Part shown: positions 38,969 to 50,751 of the stretch, in pieces
How positions within the stretch are numbered: position 1 is the stretch's first letter
Layout of the letters: every line of letters starts with the position of its first letter
DNA from: Harriotta raleighana
Taxonomy: Eukaryota
Direction of reading: 5' to 3'
DNA length: 64,000 nt
Assembly (NCBI GenBank): GCA_050575255.1
Contig: JBNZDD010013687.1
Location: forward strand, 78,555 to 142,554
Translations under genes and position numbers: made by a program
Notes under the pieces: generated by a model
Seen by the model: the letters and a program-made list of their open reading frames with translations, nothing else
What the model was told of the DNA's origin: nothing
Database searches by the model: none

Positions 38969-40436
38969 GTGAGTAACTTCCGGGAACACCTTGCAGAGAT
39001 CTTTCTTCTAATCGTATAATTAAGTTTGTGAATCAGGTATTGGTGGATTACCTCCAATCAGGAAATGCGTACTATAAAATAATAATCAATATTAATGAAT
39101 CGTTAATAGCAACTGTTAAACCCCACGTCTTAGATTACAGTTAAGTCTTCTAATATAAAGTGCTTTCCTGACTAGATTTTGTTTGGGGAAAAATGTGTTG
39201 CATATGAGTTAGCTTAGCATCTTTCTGTTATGCTATATCAGTTGCCAACGAGCTGTATTGATGGAAAACGGTGACCACTTTTTATTGCTTTTATTGTTCG
39301 TGCTCAGAGATCCATTTAACTTCAATTTTAAAATTGCAATCAAGTAGAATGCTGGTAGAACATTTGCCCCTGGATTGCACAGCATCACTTTTTGAAACCA
39401 CTGTAATACTCTAGAGGTTTTTGTTGTTGATCGGGTGTATTGAATCTACCCCTGGCGCACTCCCCAAGTAACGGTTTATTCTGTTGGTTTGGCTTCTAAC
39501 TTGATAAAATTAATGTAAGAAGAAAATAAAATTCTGCTGTCTGAAGTAGAACTGGACAAGCCTGCGCCCAGAACCAACATAGTATAATGCAGGTGCCTAT
39601 CGAATTCAGATCTACAAATTATACCATTTTGAATGGGGTTTAGGAAATGTGTGCAATCCCATGCCATACTCAACCAGTTTTGGTTTAAAATATACAGTAT
39701 TGTGAACGATTTTTATGTATGTATCTTTTTATGCATGTATTGTTTGAGCACTGACCTTGCTTAGTTTAAATTCCTTCAGAGCCTGGAGGAAAGCTGAAAT
39801 TGTGGATTTGTACCCTGTCTGCATCCTCACCACATTGTCAGTTTTGTTGAGAAACATTCTTGCTTATCTCTTGAGAAGCATTCTGATGTGTGAAGAACCT
39901 TTCCAGAAAATCAAGTGTGTGTTTTTTTTTGCATGTTGCTGGCGTCCAGTTGATCACCGTACATCTGTACTAACCATTGTAGAAAATGTCTCTTCTTGTT
40001 ATGCAGTGCTATTTTCCCAGACTTTGGCTACCGCACAAAATTGCTAAAAAGGGATTGATTGTGACTTTTCCTAATACTGTACTCAGCATGTTGTTTTCAA
40101 ATACTTTTGCTACTGTCAATGAGGGAAATACAAGTTTGTCCAAAATCAAAATGTCAGAACTGCATTGGGCTTCTGGATCAATCCAGTCATAGACTTTTGT
40201 TGAATATAGCTGCAGTCCTTCCACAGGATAATCTTTCAAATTAGTTCTGCTTTTTGTGCCAGTTCACTCTTGAGAAAGATTTGTAGATAGATGTAGACTT
40301 TTTGTGCAATATTTCTCCAAATCTTCCAGAAATAATTTTAAGGCAATGGTAACAATAACAACAAACATCATACAAAATCAACATGGCTTTGCCTTAAAAA
40401 TATACACTAATCCAAAGTTTAAAATTTGTATGACAT

Positions 40437-40611
40437 TAATAATAATAATAATCCTTGCATTTGATGTAGCACTTTTCACACCTTAGCGACGTCTCAAAGC
40501 GCTTCACAGAATATACTGTAAAATGAATTGACTGTCTATTTGTGGGTGAAACACGGCAGCCAATTGTGCACAGCAGCGTCCCACAAACAGTCGTGGATTG
40601 AAAATGACCAA
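40437..40611 (-). mobile_element. SINE 3' fragment (antisense), left arm of an inverted pair
   Basis: Low-divergence reverse copy of the recurrent family with a (TAA)n tail. Confidence 0.85.
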
Positions 40612-40721
40612 CGCCGTACAAATGTGATACCTGTGTTTTGAATCCAGGCAGGTCAGGGCAAAACCTAGGGCAAGTTTCCTATTCCAAACGCATAATAATA
40701 ACCCATCCAAAACAAACTATA

Positions 40722-40890
40722 ATAAATTGGTCATTTCAATCCACGACTGTTTGTGGGACACTGCTGTGCGCAATTGGCTGCCACGTTTCGCCCACAAGTA
40801 TACAGTCAATTCACTTTACAGTATATTCTGTGAAGCGCTTTGAAACATCTAGAAGACGTGAAAAGCACTATATCAAATTATTATTATTAT
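40722..40890 (+). mobile_element. SINE 3' fragment (sense), right arm of an inverted pair
   Basis: Approximate reverse complement of 40437-40611, with an (ATT)n tail. Confidence 0.85.
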
Positions 40891-43800
40891 TTGCAATGAA
40901 GCAGTTTTGAAGGTGGAAGATTTGTAGAATTAAAGGAGATCCTCAAAAATAACAAATAGTACATTGGTTTATATTGTCAAATCAGTTGAATCTAAATTCT
41001 CAACTGATTTAACAACATAGCCCAGTATCCTGTTTGCTATTTTGGGATCTCCTCTATTGCACAATGTTGTGATAAAGTCACCACTAGAGTACTGCATACA
41101 ATTCTAGCCACTGCAGAGACTACTCAAGCCCAAAGGGAAGAATAGAGCAAGAGATTGATCTGCAGTGTTAAAGGGATGAGTTAGGAGGAGAACCAGATAA
41201 GATACAGGTTTAAAACCTTGAAAGGGCATCTCAGGAGGGGTATTTAGAGGTTTCTGTGGTTGTAACTGAAACAGAGAAAGTGTTGAGTTGTTGAGACCAG
41301 GACACTATAAATCATTTAAGAAATAGCAAGTTGCTGTAAAGGGAAGATTGTTGTATTATTATTGTGGACAGATAAGATCAAATTATGTAAAGGGCTTTCT
41401 TCATCCAAACCTCTCTTGTGATAAACCGCTCTGTTATAAATGTCAGTGTGGAAACATCTCTTCAGCTGTTGATAGTACAAATGCTAGCGAGTAGGTGCAA
41501 CCGTTGAAATGGCTTTGCATTGGTGTTGGTAGTCGCTCTGCGTGATGCAGTTTCTGTCAATAATTCTAACACATGGAGCACATAGCAGCAATGAGAGAGT
41601 GAGAAGCCAGAGTGTAAAAAGATAGTCATGCAAGAACAAAGTGAAGAAAGCAGCATCCCTCATCATCCAGTAAATGGCTCTTAAGTTTAATGATTTTCCA
41701 TGTCTACAAATGCAACTATGCAACTTATTGCAATTTTTCTTTTCACCCCGTTGTTATTGGTCGCTAAAAACTTATCCACTTTAATGGGCACTTTCCTTCA
41801 ATCAAAATATTAATACTTTAGAAAGAAAGCTGACAACAAGTAATAAAGTACATGTGTATTCATAGGTACATTGGTGATATTAATTGATTATGAACATTTT
41901 CCCTGGTTTGCAATTTTAGATCTGAAAAGGATCTAGGATAAGAGTGACATGCAGAGACTGCTCTAAATTGTCTTACTCAATTGGCTTTGTTCACATAGTT
42001 TATTTCATTATTTATTTTATTTTGATACAAGAGGAGGGGAGTTTGAGAGAGAAGATAGGAACAGATGTCACAACATACAATTGTTGTTTAATTATAAATC
42101 AAAATTCCTCTTATGTATGGGAAGCAAAACCCCGATCTGAACCGTTCTATCTTTGGGGCTTGTTGAGAGGGAACCAGGAAATGTCCCTACTGGGTGAACA
42201 GAGAAATCTGAGGGCACATAATTTCAGACTAGCCTTACACATTTCTATGCACAGAGTTGTTGGAGAACAGTGGGAGGAGAATTAGCAGGAATAGGACAGG
42301 AATAGCCAGATTTGGTGCATGTGAGTGGGAGCCCATGAATAAAAAATAGTTCCTTGTTTGGTTTTTATCCAAACAGTGCCTTCCTTTCCTCTCTGCATTG
42401 TCTTAGTTCCATATATAGGCTTCTTTAAAAGCGTGCCAAGTAATTATTTTTTCAAAAAGAAAGAAAAATTCAGCAGTAATGAAAAGTATTTTTGTGTTCT
42501 TTTGAGTAAAAGTCTTCAGAAATGAGTTTGTACATGCTGCTTTCAATCAATTTTCCTGAAACAACAAAGTACAGTATTCTGGAATAACTGATAATACGGA
42601 GACTAAAACTCCGAATATATAAGACCTTATAGCGCATAAACTACTGCCAGGGTACTTGGTCATGGTATCAAGGCTGTGCAAGTATTATGGACTGAGTATT
42701 CTATATGTAGCAGTAGCATTAGCATTTTGATAACACTAGAAAATAATCTATGAAATCGTCCAAATATCATCAAATTGCATTAGTTTCCTCTTTGACTCCA
42801 GTGGGGAGAGCAGTACAGTATTTGATTGACCTGTAGAATCTAATATTTATTCAAGAGAAAGTGGGGACGGGGGACACAAGGGAGAGTGATATTGAAATTA
42901 TGCTTTCAAAAGGTACATTAGGAAAATAGTCCTTATTGAAATTGAATTAGAAAGTAATAGGAATGATTCCTACCCTGAATATTATTTGAAGCAAAGCTTT
43001 CCTGGGGGCTTACATTTCTTCAAGGCAGATGAATGTAAAATGATGCTTATAGAACTGTATGAAAAATGGCCCCATTGATGTACATTTTGAAGAAATCAAG
43101 GTAAATATTTTTTTTTCTAAACTTTGCACTGTTTGCCCAAAAAACAATGTTCGATCTCAAGCACTTTTTAAAATTAAATTGGGTTGCAACTTATGTGGAA
43201 ACTACCAGATTTCCCAAGTGGGTTTCGCTGTCCCTTGTGGCATTTCTGCATCTTTGCGCTGATTTAATTCCCGTAAACTTCGTTACCATTTCGATCACAC
43301 AAGCATCTGCCGCAGACTTGCTTTTCTTTTTAAATTCACCTGATCCCCTGCAGTAGCTGAGGCATATTGAAAGCAGATCACACAGAGATGAAAGAGGTGG
43401 GCGGGGAAACTCAGCTCCCAGCCACAGAGGGAAGGGGGTTCATTCTCAGAAAATGACCTGTTACTTAACTTATAGTACGAGCTCATCATGGCAAGTACCA
43501 AATCATAAAAGCAGAAGGGAACAGTTCAAAGTATGCGCAGAGCATAACGTTCAACAAAACTGTAACACCTCCAAAGCTGTTTTGTTACACTGCGGTAAAT
43601 AATTAACAAGTTTCTACGTTAATGAAATGATTTTCAATTTTTTTTTAGTGAATTCATAAATACAACCAATTTCTTCAGTGTTTGAAAACGATGTGCATTT
43701 TGCGTCAAATATGTATTAATTTTGGTGGTGGACCTAAAAATTTATTTTCCCCACCATTGTGATTGCGAAAAGTTTATCTTCATCTCAAAGAGTAGTGTAG

Positions 43801-46099
43801 CAACACTTTTCCCTGATGGTACTTTTTCCATATGTTTCACTGTTGTGTGTTGGTCCACATGACCAGTTACTATGCTACTATGATTCTTGTTTGCAGTCAA
43901 GTTATACAAAATTACATAGAATTCTCGCCAGACCTCATCACCAATGCCAAATGTAAGTCACCCAGAGAAGCCGAAATAACAGGCCATTCAGCGCAACTGG
44001 TCTTTGCCACTGTTTGTACTCCACGTGAGCCTCCTATTCACGTCTCTTATCTCCTTCCATTCCCTTCTTTCTCATGTGAGCATCAAGTTTCCTCTAAAAT
44101 ATATTGATACTTTTTGCTTCACACCCAGCTTCTGGCTGTGAGTTTTACATTCGTACCAGCCTCTGCCTGGAGAAGTCCCTCCTTAAGCCCCCTTTTATTA
44201 TTTCCTCTTTTGAACTTGCTTGTCTTTCCTTCCTCACACACTTTATGGACTGTGAATGAGCAAAAATAAGCATTTTCCTACGTAGTAGGAAAGAAGGCAG
44301 AATAATTAAATGAATGACAAAAGCGAGATGTTGAAATGTGACACCTAGTTTGTTAAATTCAAATTGATGGATTAAGAACAAGACATTGTTTTGGAGATTA
44401 TTTTTTTTATTAGCAATGAAAAGTTTTGAGGATTTTTTAAGGTAGCTGCCCAACTTCAGAAAGCTTTTGTGTGTTGAATACACTCAATTCTGGGTATATT
44501 TTCAATTGAACTAGAGAATCAAAAAAATTAATTACAACAAGCCAAACAGAACTATGAGCATTACTGTTCGCAATCTGCCACCACTGCTCTTGTCCTTTTG
44601 CATGTAAACAGTGTGTTGCATTGAAAATAATTGATGATCACCCAGGAATAGTTAATGAAGAATTTGACAGATGTGATAAACTGCAAGAGTGAATTGTTTC
44701 TAACCATCATTTGAACTCCAAATGAATAGAACACTCGCGTGTATTTTGTAAAACGTCTCTTCTCCTACCATCTTCAGAACAGCTGATGTCACTGTGGGCC
44801 ATAACAGCTTAGATACTATCTATAATTGTTGCACAGTGACTTCTGTACTGAAGGAATGCTGAAAATCATGGAGCTCTTCCAATTGCTTAGTTGGTAAAAT
44901 GATAGCTTATTTGCTATTGAGTATTGGAGGCAAGATCCTAGGTTTGATTCCTTTTTGGGATAGTGTACATAATGCATTTGACTTGCTGTCTCTCCCTTTC
45001 AATGTGAGAAAGAACTGATCTAGTGACCACTGTTAGAAGTATTTATACTGACATCAGATATGAGCAGATTGGTGATCTCCATTGTCAAATAGTCTACATG
45101 GTATCAAAACCCAAGTTCAGGTTTGAGGAATTGCCATTTGGATAAGGGACTGGCTATTGGAAACTGCGGAACTGGAGGGCATGATGAACATTTAAAAAAG
45201 TTTACATTGAAAAACAAGCTATTTGGACAATTAGTACTTGCCAGCAATTGTTCTGTACACAAGCCTCTAACCCTCGTAATCCCTTATTCATCAATAAGAG
45301 GAAGTCAGAACAATGATTAAATGGGAGAAAATAGTTACTGACACAATTATTAGCATCCGTTAGTTATCAGAAACGCACACAGAAATAATCTGTATAAATG
45401 CCATCTTCTAAATTAGGAAAATGCTGAGATTTGAATTTATTTCCAAATGTTATTAATTTAACAAAAGGACAAAATAATTGTGGCTTTAACCGAATGGTTA
45501 TCAAAATAAAATTTCCAGTGTTTTTGTTATTTCTGAGCAGCATATTAATGAACATCTAACTGCAAAAATGCTACATGAATACATATTTGTTGTCTGGGGA
45601 ATCTATATCCTGGGAAAATGTATACATTTTTCTTTAAACATTTTCTAAACAAAAATCCTCATGAAATAGTTATCACGTAAATAGCCTTTCGTTCAGTCTT
45701 TTAATGGATTATCTGGAGATTTAGTTTATCAAAATGAATTTCCATTGAAACCTAGATTTGATTTCAAACCAGAATGATGGGACGAAAATTGCCTATCTTT
45801 TCTTGCTTTCAATGGGCATTTTGAACTGTCTCAATCCAATCCCTACTGACTGCACATCTTCAACATGGTCTCCTTAATGTTGACAGTGGGTGAAACAAGT
45901 GGCAAGATATTCCACTGCTAAGCATGGACATCCTTTCAATGACTGCAAATGTAAATGTCTATTTGAACCTACGTTTTCATAGTTTTTTTTAAAAAAAAAT
46001 CAGTTTGCATATGCTGTAGTAGAGTAAACTCTAGCTTACCAAACTTTGACCCAAGATAAACCAAACTCCCATGGGCCCAACTCTGCTAGCATATGCCAC

Positions 46100-46450
46100 A
46101 GCCCACTGAAAAGAGGAACAGACAGGTTTGGTAGAGGGTTAGGAGGTCACAGAGGCAAAGTAGGATAAGGCCATGGAGGGTTTTAAAGTTGAGGACCAGG
46201 ATTTTGAATTGAATCCTCTTAAGTGATGGGAAGCCAATGAAGTTGGGCAAGAATTGGGGTGATAGGATCGCGGAGCTTGGTATGAGAGGACTGCAGAGTT
46301 CTGAAGCCAATCAACTGTAGAAAGTTAGCTCTCATCCAGCACTTGACGTCTAACAGGCAGTCTGTCAGGACAGTAGTGGTCCTGGAATCGAGGGTGGAGG
46401 TACAAAAATAGAATGGGATGACGGGTGTCAATCTTGCTCACCTGCAACTG
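46100..46450 (-). mobile_element. L2-like LINE ORF2 fragment with an internal deletion (antisense)
   Basis: Minus-strand translations LTDCLLDVKCWMRANFLQL, PITPILAQLHWLP and RIQFKILVLNFKTLHGL are characteristic L2-type RT C-terminal motifs. Confidence 0.85.
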
Positions 46451-49342
46451 GGCAGAAGGTTGTGAGTTCAAGGGACCTTGAGCTTTTATTGAAGGTTGAC
46501 ATTCCAATCCAATAATGCTAATGAGTGCTACAGTTTCAGAGGTGCTTGCCTTCTGTTGAGATGTTAAATTGGAAACAAAACCATGTGAACCTAGGTAAAG
46601 CACATATCTGTTGTGCTGGCACTAGCTGATTGACATTGTCTTCCTATGCAAGCGTAATTTCTTCATATATTATTTCCCATATTCATTGAAAAAGCCAACT
46701 GGAAAAAAGCCAGTTCATTTCTCCGAATTATACAATGCACCACAGAAACTGACAGGACAGAAGAAGAGCATTCAGCCCATCATACGTTTTGCGAGTTTTG
46801 CTCTTCATCTCCGTTTTCATATTGTTGCCATTTTTAATAAGTTGATGAAACATTTCTATTCCTTGCATTGCTTATGGATAAAGATGGATTCAAACTCTGT
46901 GCCGCAGGAAAGTCTTAAAAACATAGCTGCTTCACTCACTTGACCAGTCTAGCAGGAATGATACTAATTTCAATTCCTACATTTGTTCAGTCCTCGTCTG
47001 TTACTGCCTCAGTTCAGAGAGAGAGAAAATGAACATGGAGTGTGAAGTGATCAGAAGGGAGTTAATATTGACAAATACTTTCTGCAAAGAATGGAGAGCT
47101 TTACTGAGGCACTATAACCCTGATACAAGATAAACAGCCTGTTGCCTGGATAATCATTGAAATCCAGGGAAGTTTACACATTTTCAGGTTGTGCAGAATA
47201 CAAATCTCAAACACTGTCCCCTGATTCAGTTTTGCACCACATGAACATCTCTATGCAACTCTACTTATCTATACAACTATTTGAAGGTTCTACGTTTCCT
47301 GCTTGAAAGTTGCTAGCAGTGAAAGGCAGCTGATATTTTAACTCTGTATTCATAGTTCGTGATTCGCTTTCGAATTCTGCTTCTCTAAATACAAACTCTG
47401 AAATACCAGAGTGTTTTGTTTTAGATTGCTGGATCCCTGAAATGTATAGCTGGGAACTGAGAAAGTTGGAGACCCATCATCACAATAGAATTGATTTTCA
47501 TAGTTGAAAATGAGCATTCTTTTCAAAGAAGATGCTCTTGAAACTAAGCAGTGCAAACAACATTGCTGTATTTCCAGCAGCAAATAATCGCACTTAAGAA
47601 CAGGCAAAATACTTGCGTGTATTGTCATATTTAACACATGCCACTAATTTTCTGTTGGCATCTGAGTGATGGAAATCTTCATTGGTTTAATGCCAAACGC
47701 TCAGTCCAAACTGTGTTGCGTGTTTTTTTTTTCACGTCTCCCTAGTTTTGTGTATGACGTTGCTGTGATGAAAAATGTTTTTCCACTTCATGTCTCATGA
47801 CAAACTTCGCCATTTGCGGTGGCAGGTTCATGTGAACTGCACACAATATGGAATCTACTTTTTGAGCCTACACACAGGATACAGTAGAATTTAAATTGAT
47901 TGAATTTAAATTACAGTGTTTTGTTCAGTCCCTGCATCTGTTCATACAACCATTATGGAATTGACATATTTTAAAACGTCCAGGCACAACCAGCTTCTGA
48001 CTGCTTCCAACCACATTGATAATATATTTCTTAGATTTCTGCTTCTTTGGTCAACATAAACTTTCTTTTTCGCTTTGCAGTATTTGGCATAACGCACTCT
48101 TTGTCAACTACAATTACTGTGACTGTGAACAAAATTACAGCCTTACTATCATTTGCTCATTTTTACACAGATTAAATTTATGCTGCCGACGATCAGTGTG
48201 AGGTCTGAGGACCATCTTGAAAATGTTGCGACACTGTTGAGGCAGAAAGTGTCCTTCCAATCTCATGATGTGGTAGAGAAATTGTCAGAAGTTATTCTCA
48301 TTATTGAGTCTGAAATTCCTGTTGCATTCCAGTTATTTCTAAATGGGTCAATGTTTCTAAATCGAGAACTGCGCAACTTTTGTCACATCAGATATCCAGT
48401 TGATCCAGGGAAGTCGATAGGAGTAGAGGTCAGATAGCACATCAACAAATGGAAATGTTTTTGGAACAAGACTATGTGCATCATACGTCAGTGCATCTTT
48501 GGACAGCCAGCTTGTTAATGAGCAGCATAGGACTAGATCCCCGTGCTTCTGTCAGTACTCAATTTAGATTGCTCGTTGGTGCATAAACTAGCTGGCATGA
48601 AAGTCTGGACTCAATACCTAGCTGGGTTGAGTCATGCTGTAGTAGATTTGCTCAGCTTGTGACAAAATCACTTCTGCGAATGGAGCAGCTATCCCATGTA
48701 GTCTATGAGTTATTCAGCATTTGGGATTACCCATCTATTGATTTCTGTGTGACATTAGAAAGACAAACAACCAATTCTTGTGTTTCTGCTCAAGGCCTGA
48801 AGACACATTGTAGCCTGAAAACTGAATGGTCTGTCTTGTGGTGTGAGAATATAATATGTGAATGCAGTTTTCCATTTCCCATGATTTGCAGGAAGCTTTA
48901 GAAACGCGGAACCTGTAGATGGTGATCCAATTTTGCTACTGGCTGTGTAATTGTGGTTCCTAGCCTTTAGCTTGCCTACTGGTTGTAGAGTTCCTTAAGA
49001 GACTTTACTTATCAGTTGTCAGACTGGATGCTTTATCAAGTCCCAGTGGGCATCCAGTTCACAACCTAGTTGTTAAGGGACAAATAATATACACTTGTGG
49101 TGGTTTATTAAAACCATTACAAATAGAAGAAACTGTTTATTCAATGGTGTTCGCTTAGCAATATTAATCACCTGCAATGTGTGGCTCCAACTTTATAGGT
49201 GTTGCAACTGATGGTTGATTTGAATGCTGGAAATGAGAAAAGTCACACAATTTTCTTTGCTCCAACTAGAAGCTCATAATGTGACTCAAAAAGTGTTTGT
49301 GACATGGGGACGTGAGATGGCTAAGGAACAAAGCTGCAGATA

Positions 49343-49666
49343 CAGTAAAATGTCTATCATCCGACATTTCGAAAGCCGGCAACTCCCTAAAACTGACAGG
49401 ATTTCAAAATACATATGGTATTAGATTTTTTTCGATGTACAGGAAATCTCCCAAAGTTCGGGAACAGCTAATTGCAGTTCCCAGCATTACCGCTCTCTCT
49501 GTGTTGGAGCTCAGACATTTTTATGCTTCGGTGCTGTGTTTACAGCACATGTGGTGTATGGGGCAGAGCTTCCCCAGCCATTGCTAGTAGGTTTCTAAAT
49601 GCCGACAAACTCAGAAATCTGGGAAGTATGTGGGCCCAATCATGCCGGTTTATCGAGGTTTTACTG
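49343..49666. mobile_element. Decayed Tigger/pogo-like MITE
   Basis: TA flanks. The left end CAGTAAAATGTCTATCATCCGACAT resembles the reverse complement of the right end, CAGTAAAACCTCGATAAACCGGCAT. Confidence 0.7.
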
Positions 49667-50694
49667 TAGCTGCAATAGCTAATACTGTACATCCATTGAA
49701 GGATGTACTGTGCCAACGTGACATTCGTATAGGATCCTATTAGGAGAAAGATGAGTTGAGTGCAGAGAAAGAGAAACAATGAGTTATCAGCGGATGTATT
49801 GGTGTAGTTGCTGAAGGGGTAGGAGGCATTTAGTTGAGCTCTTATTGCCATTAATAAGAGGGAGAATGAAAAAGAGGGATTTAAGTTTACAGATCAAATA
49901 GATGTTTTTTTTGCAAACATGAAAATCAAATATGAATGTTTAAAACAAATGTTTTATTCTGACTGTAATGGAAAGATGGTGGAGATTTGGTATTCAGAAA
50001 GGACAAGATCAAATCAGTGAAGAGCATTTTCCATCCAGTCTTCATTTTTGATGTTGTGTGTGCTCTGCAACACTTACCTTAATGTATTCTGAAGTTTCCA
50101 AACACTGTCATCTGAAAATCAATGTTATTCTCAGCTGCTCGATCAAGAAATACAAAAGCCCTTTTTGCCGATAATCCTTAAATGCTGTTTGAGGGTTTCC
50201 TTTGCTAAAGACAAAGCGACTGACTTTCTCCATCAATCTGCGGTACGTGCGAAGTTACTTGAATCGAATATAATAATGAGGATTTAATAAAGTGCTAGTG
50301 CATTTACTGAGCTCAACAGTCACAATGTCAGCAGGTTACAAACAAAACTATCAACCTATGAAATTTGGGAACTTGTACAATATAAATCAGATAATGCTTC
50401 TTCCTTTCACAAAAAAAATGTAATGAGCTGTTCTTGCAATGTAACTTGTCGGTTTATTAGGTGACCACTTTTTTTTAACAATATAAAACATTTATTTGTC
50501 GAACAAAATTACCTTATCTGTCCTAAAAACCATAGAGTCAACCATGCGCCACAGTCATTTGGAGTAAAGCTGGAATTTCATAGTATTGAATGAGACATTT
50601 TGCATATTTTGATCAATAACAAACTGAGATTTGCTTTTGAGTTCATGTTTCTTCTTCGTTCTTTCTTTAATTCCCTCCCCTCCCCCCATTATAG

Positions 50695-50751
50695 CAACTT
50701 CGAAGGGCGGATGAAGTGAAAGGAGTTGCTTGTAGAGGCGGACCCCTCAAA
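50695..50751 (+). CDS. GPHN: Gephyrin alternative cassette C4a (57 nt, 19 aa): QLRRADEVKGVACRGGPLK
   Basis: Long pyrimidine tract ending attatag|CAA and donor AAA|gtaaat. It has the same length as, and clear similarity to, the mammalian cassette QIRRPDESKGVASRVGSLK (recalled). Confidence 0.92.

Noticed and set aside
43053-43100. 48-nt in-frame AG..GT segment NCMKNGPIDVHFEEIK with AAG|gtaaat donor
   Set aside because: There is essentially no polypyrimidine tract before the AG, so it is consistent with chance.
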